Below are positions 63,577 through 64,000 of a DNA stretch of 64,000 nt, piece by piece. The position numbers were made by a program, and so were the translations under genes. The notes under the pieces were generated by a model. The model saw only the letters and a program-made list of their open reading frames with translations, did not search any database and had not been told where the DNA came from. Origin of the DNA: an uncultured Chloroflexia bacterium (GTDB lineage Bacteria; Chloroflexota; Anaerolineae; CG2-30-64-16); the NCBI GenBank assembly GCA_963810095.1, contig CAWEMM010000014.1, forward strand, positions 128,001-192,000, written 5' to 3'. How positions within the stretch are numbered: position 1 is the first letter of the stretch; each line of letters begins with the position of its first letter.

Positions 63577-64000
63577 ACTTCTCCACTTTGAACCGTTCCA
63601 GCTCGACCGGCTCCGTTGGCCCGATGCCTGCCTTCATGCGCGCGTAGCGCACCTGTGTCTCCGCGTCGTCAATTCCTTCGATGTCTGGCAGCAGCAGGCC
63701 CCGGCGCCAGCCCCGCTGCACGATCACGCCGTAGACCCTGGGGTCGAGCTGGTCGAGCGACCGGATTTTCTCCGCCGGATAGAGCACGCTGACGTCGATT
63801 CGGAGGTCGTCGAGTTCCTCGGGCCGCACGGGAGGAAAGCGTGGGTCACGCGTCGCAGCGGAAATCGCATTGCCGATCACTTCCCTGACCAGTGTCTCTT
63901 GCGTGGCCTCGATCGTCCCGATACAACCCCGCAATTCGCCCGTGCTGACGGTGTGCAGCGTCACGAACGCGCCCGCCGTACCACCCTCGACGCCCGGCGG
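63569..64000 (-). CDS. AmmeMemoRadiSam system protein A (AMMECR1 domain), 5' end outside window
   Basis: GAFVTL, LRGCIGT, DPRFPP and RGLLLPD. Confidence 0.88.
   Translation of the reverse strand, partial: PPGVEGGTAGAFVTLHTVSTGELRGCIGTIEATQETLVREVIGNAISAATRDPRFPPVRPEELDDLRIDVSVLYPAEKIRSLDQLDPRVYGVIVQRGWRRGLLLPDIEGIDDAETQVRYARMKAGIGPTEPVELERFKVEKYV

Overview
High-GC core-genome window, most consistent with a Chloroflexota (Anaerolineae/Caldilineae-like) bacterium. This placement is inferred from gene order, the long S12 loop and the RNAP and sigma70 insertions. From left to right it holds: the start of the dcw cluster (mraZ-rsmH-ftsL-ftsI-murF, minus strand); a small sugar-catabolism group; tRNA-Asn; dnaG-rpoD; htrA; sdaA; a UROD-family gene; comM; rpoBC; the str-S10-spc-alpha ribosomal superoperon (infA absent); truA-rplM-rpsI; mog; and an accessory cell-envelope block (GHL10 hydrolase, PIG-L deacetylase, OmpR/HK pair, LanFE-type ABC transporter, secreted unknown protein). 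It ends with a Clp ATPase with a degenerate first AAA module, a GAF-PP2C phosphatase and a partial AMMECR1 gene. Many essential genes carry frameshifts, mostly single-base insertions where checked, which are best explained as long-read errors. The most notable observations are: (i) a conserved GCGACA direct-repeat promoter architecture linking the two-component system, the LanFE transporter and the secreted unknown protein into a putative regulon; (ii) several intergenic palindrome families, one of which is ~95 nt with 9-nt periodicity and often supplies stop codons; (iii) a multi-branched structured RNA between fusA and tuf; (iv) the half-dead Clp ATPase; and (v) a transaldolase with a non-canonical Q/F active-site pair.
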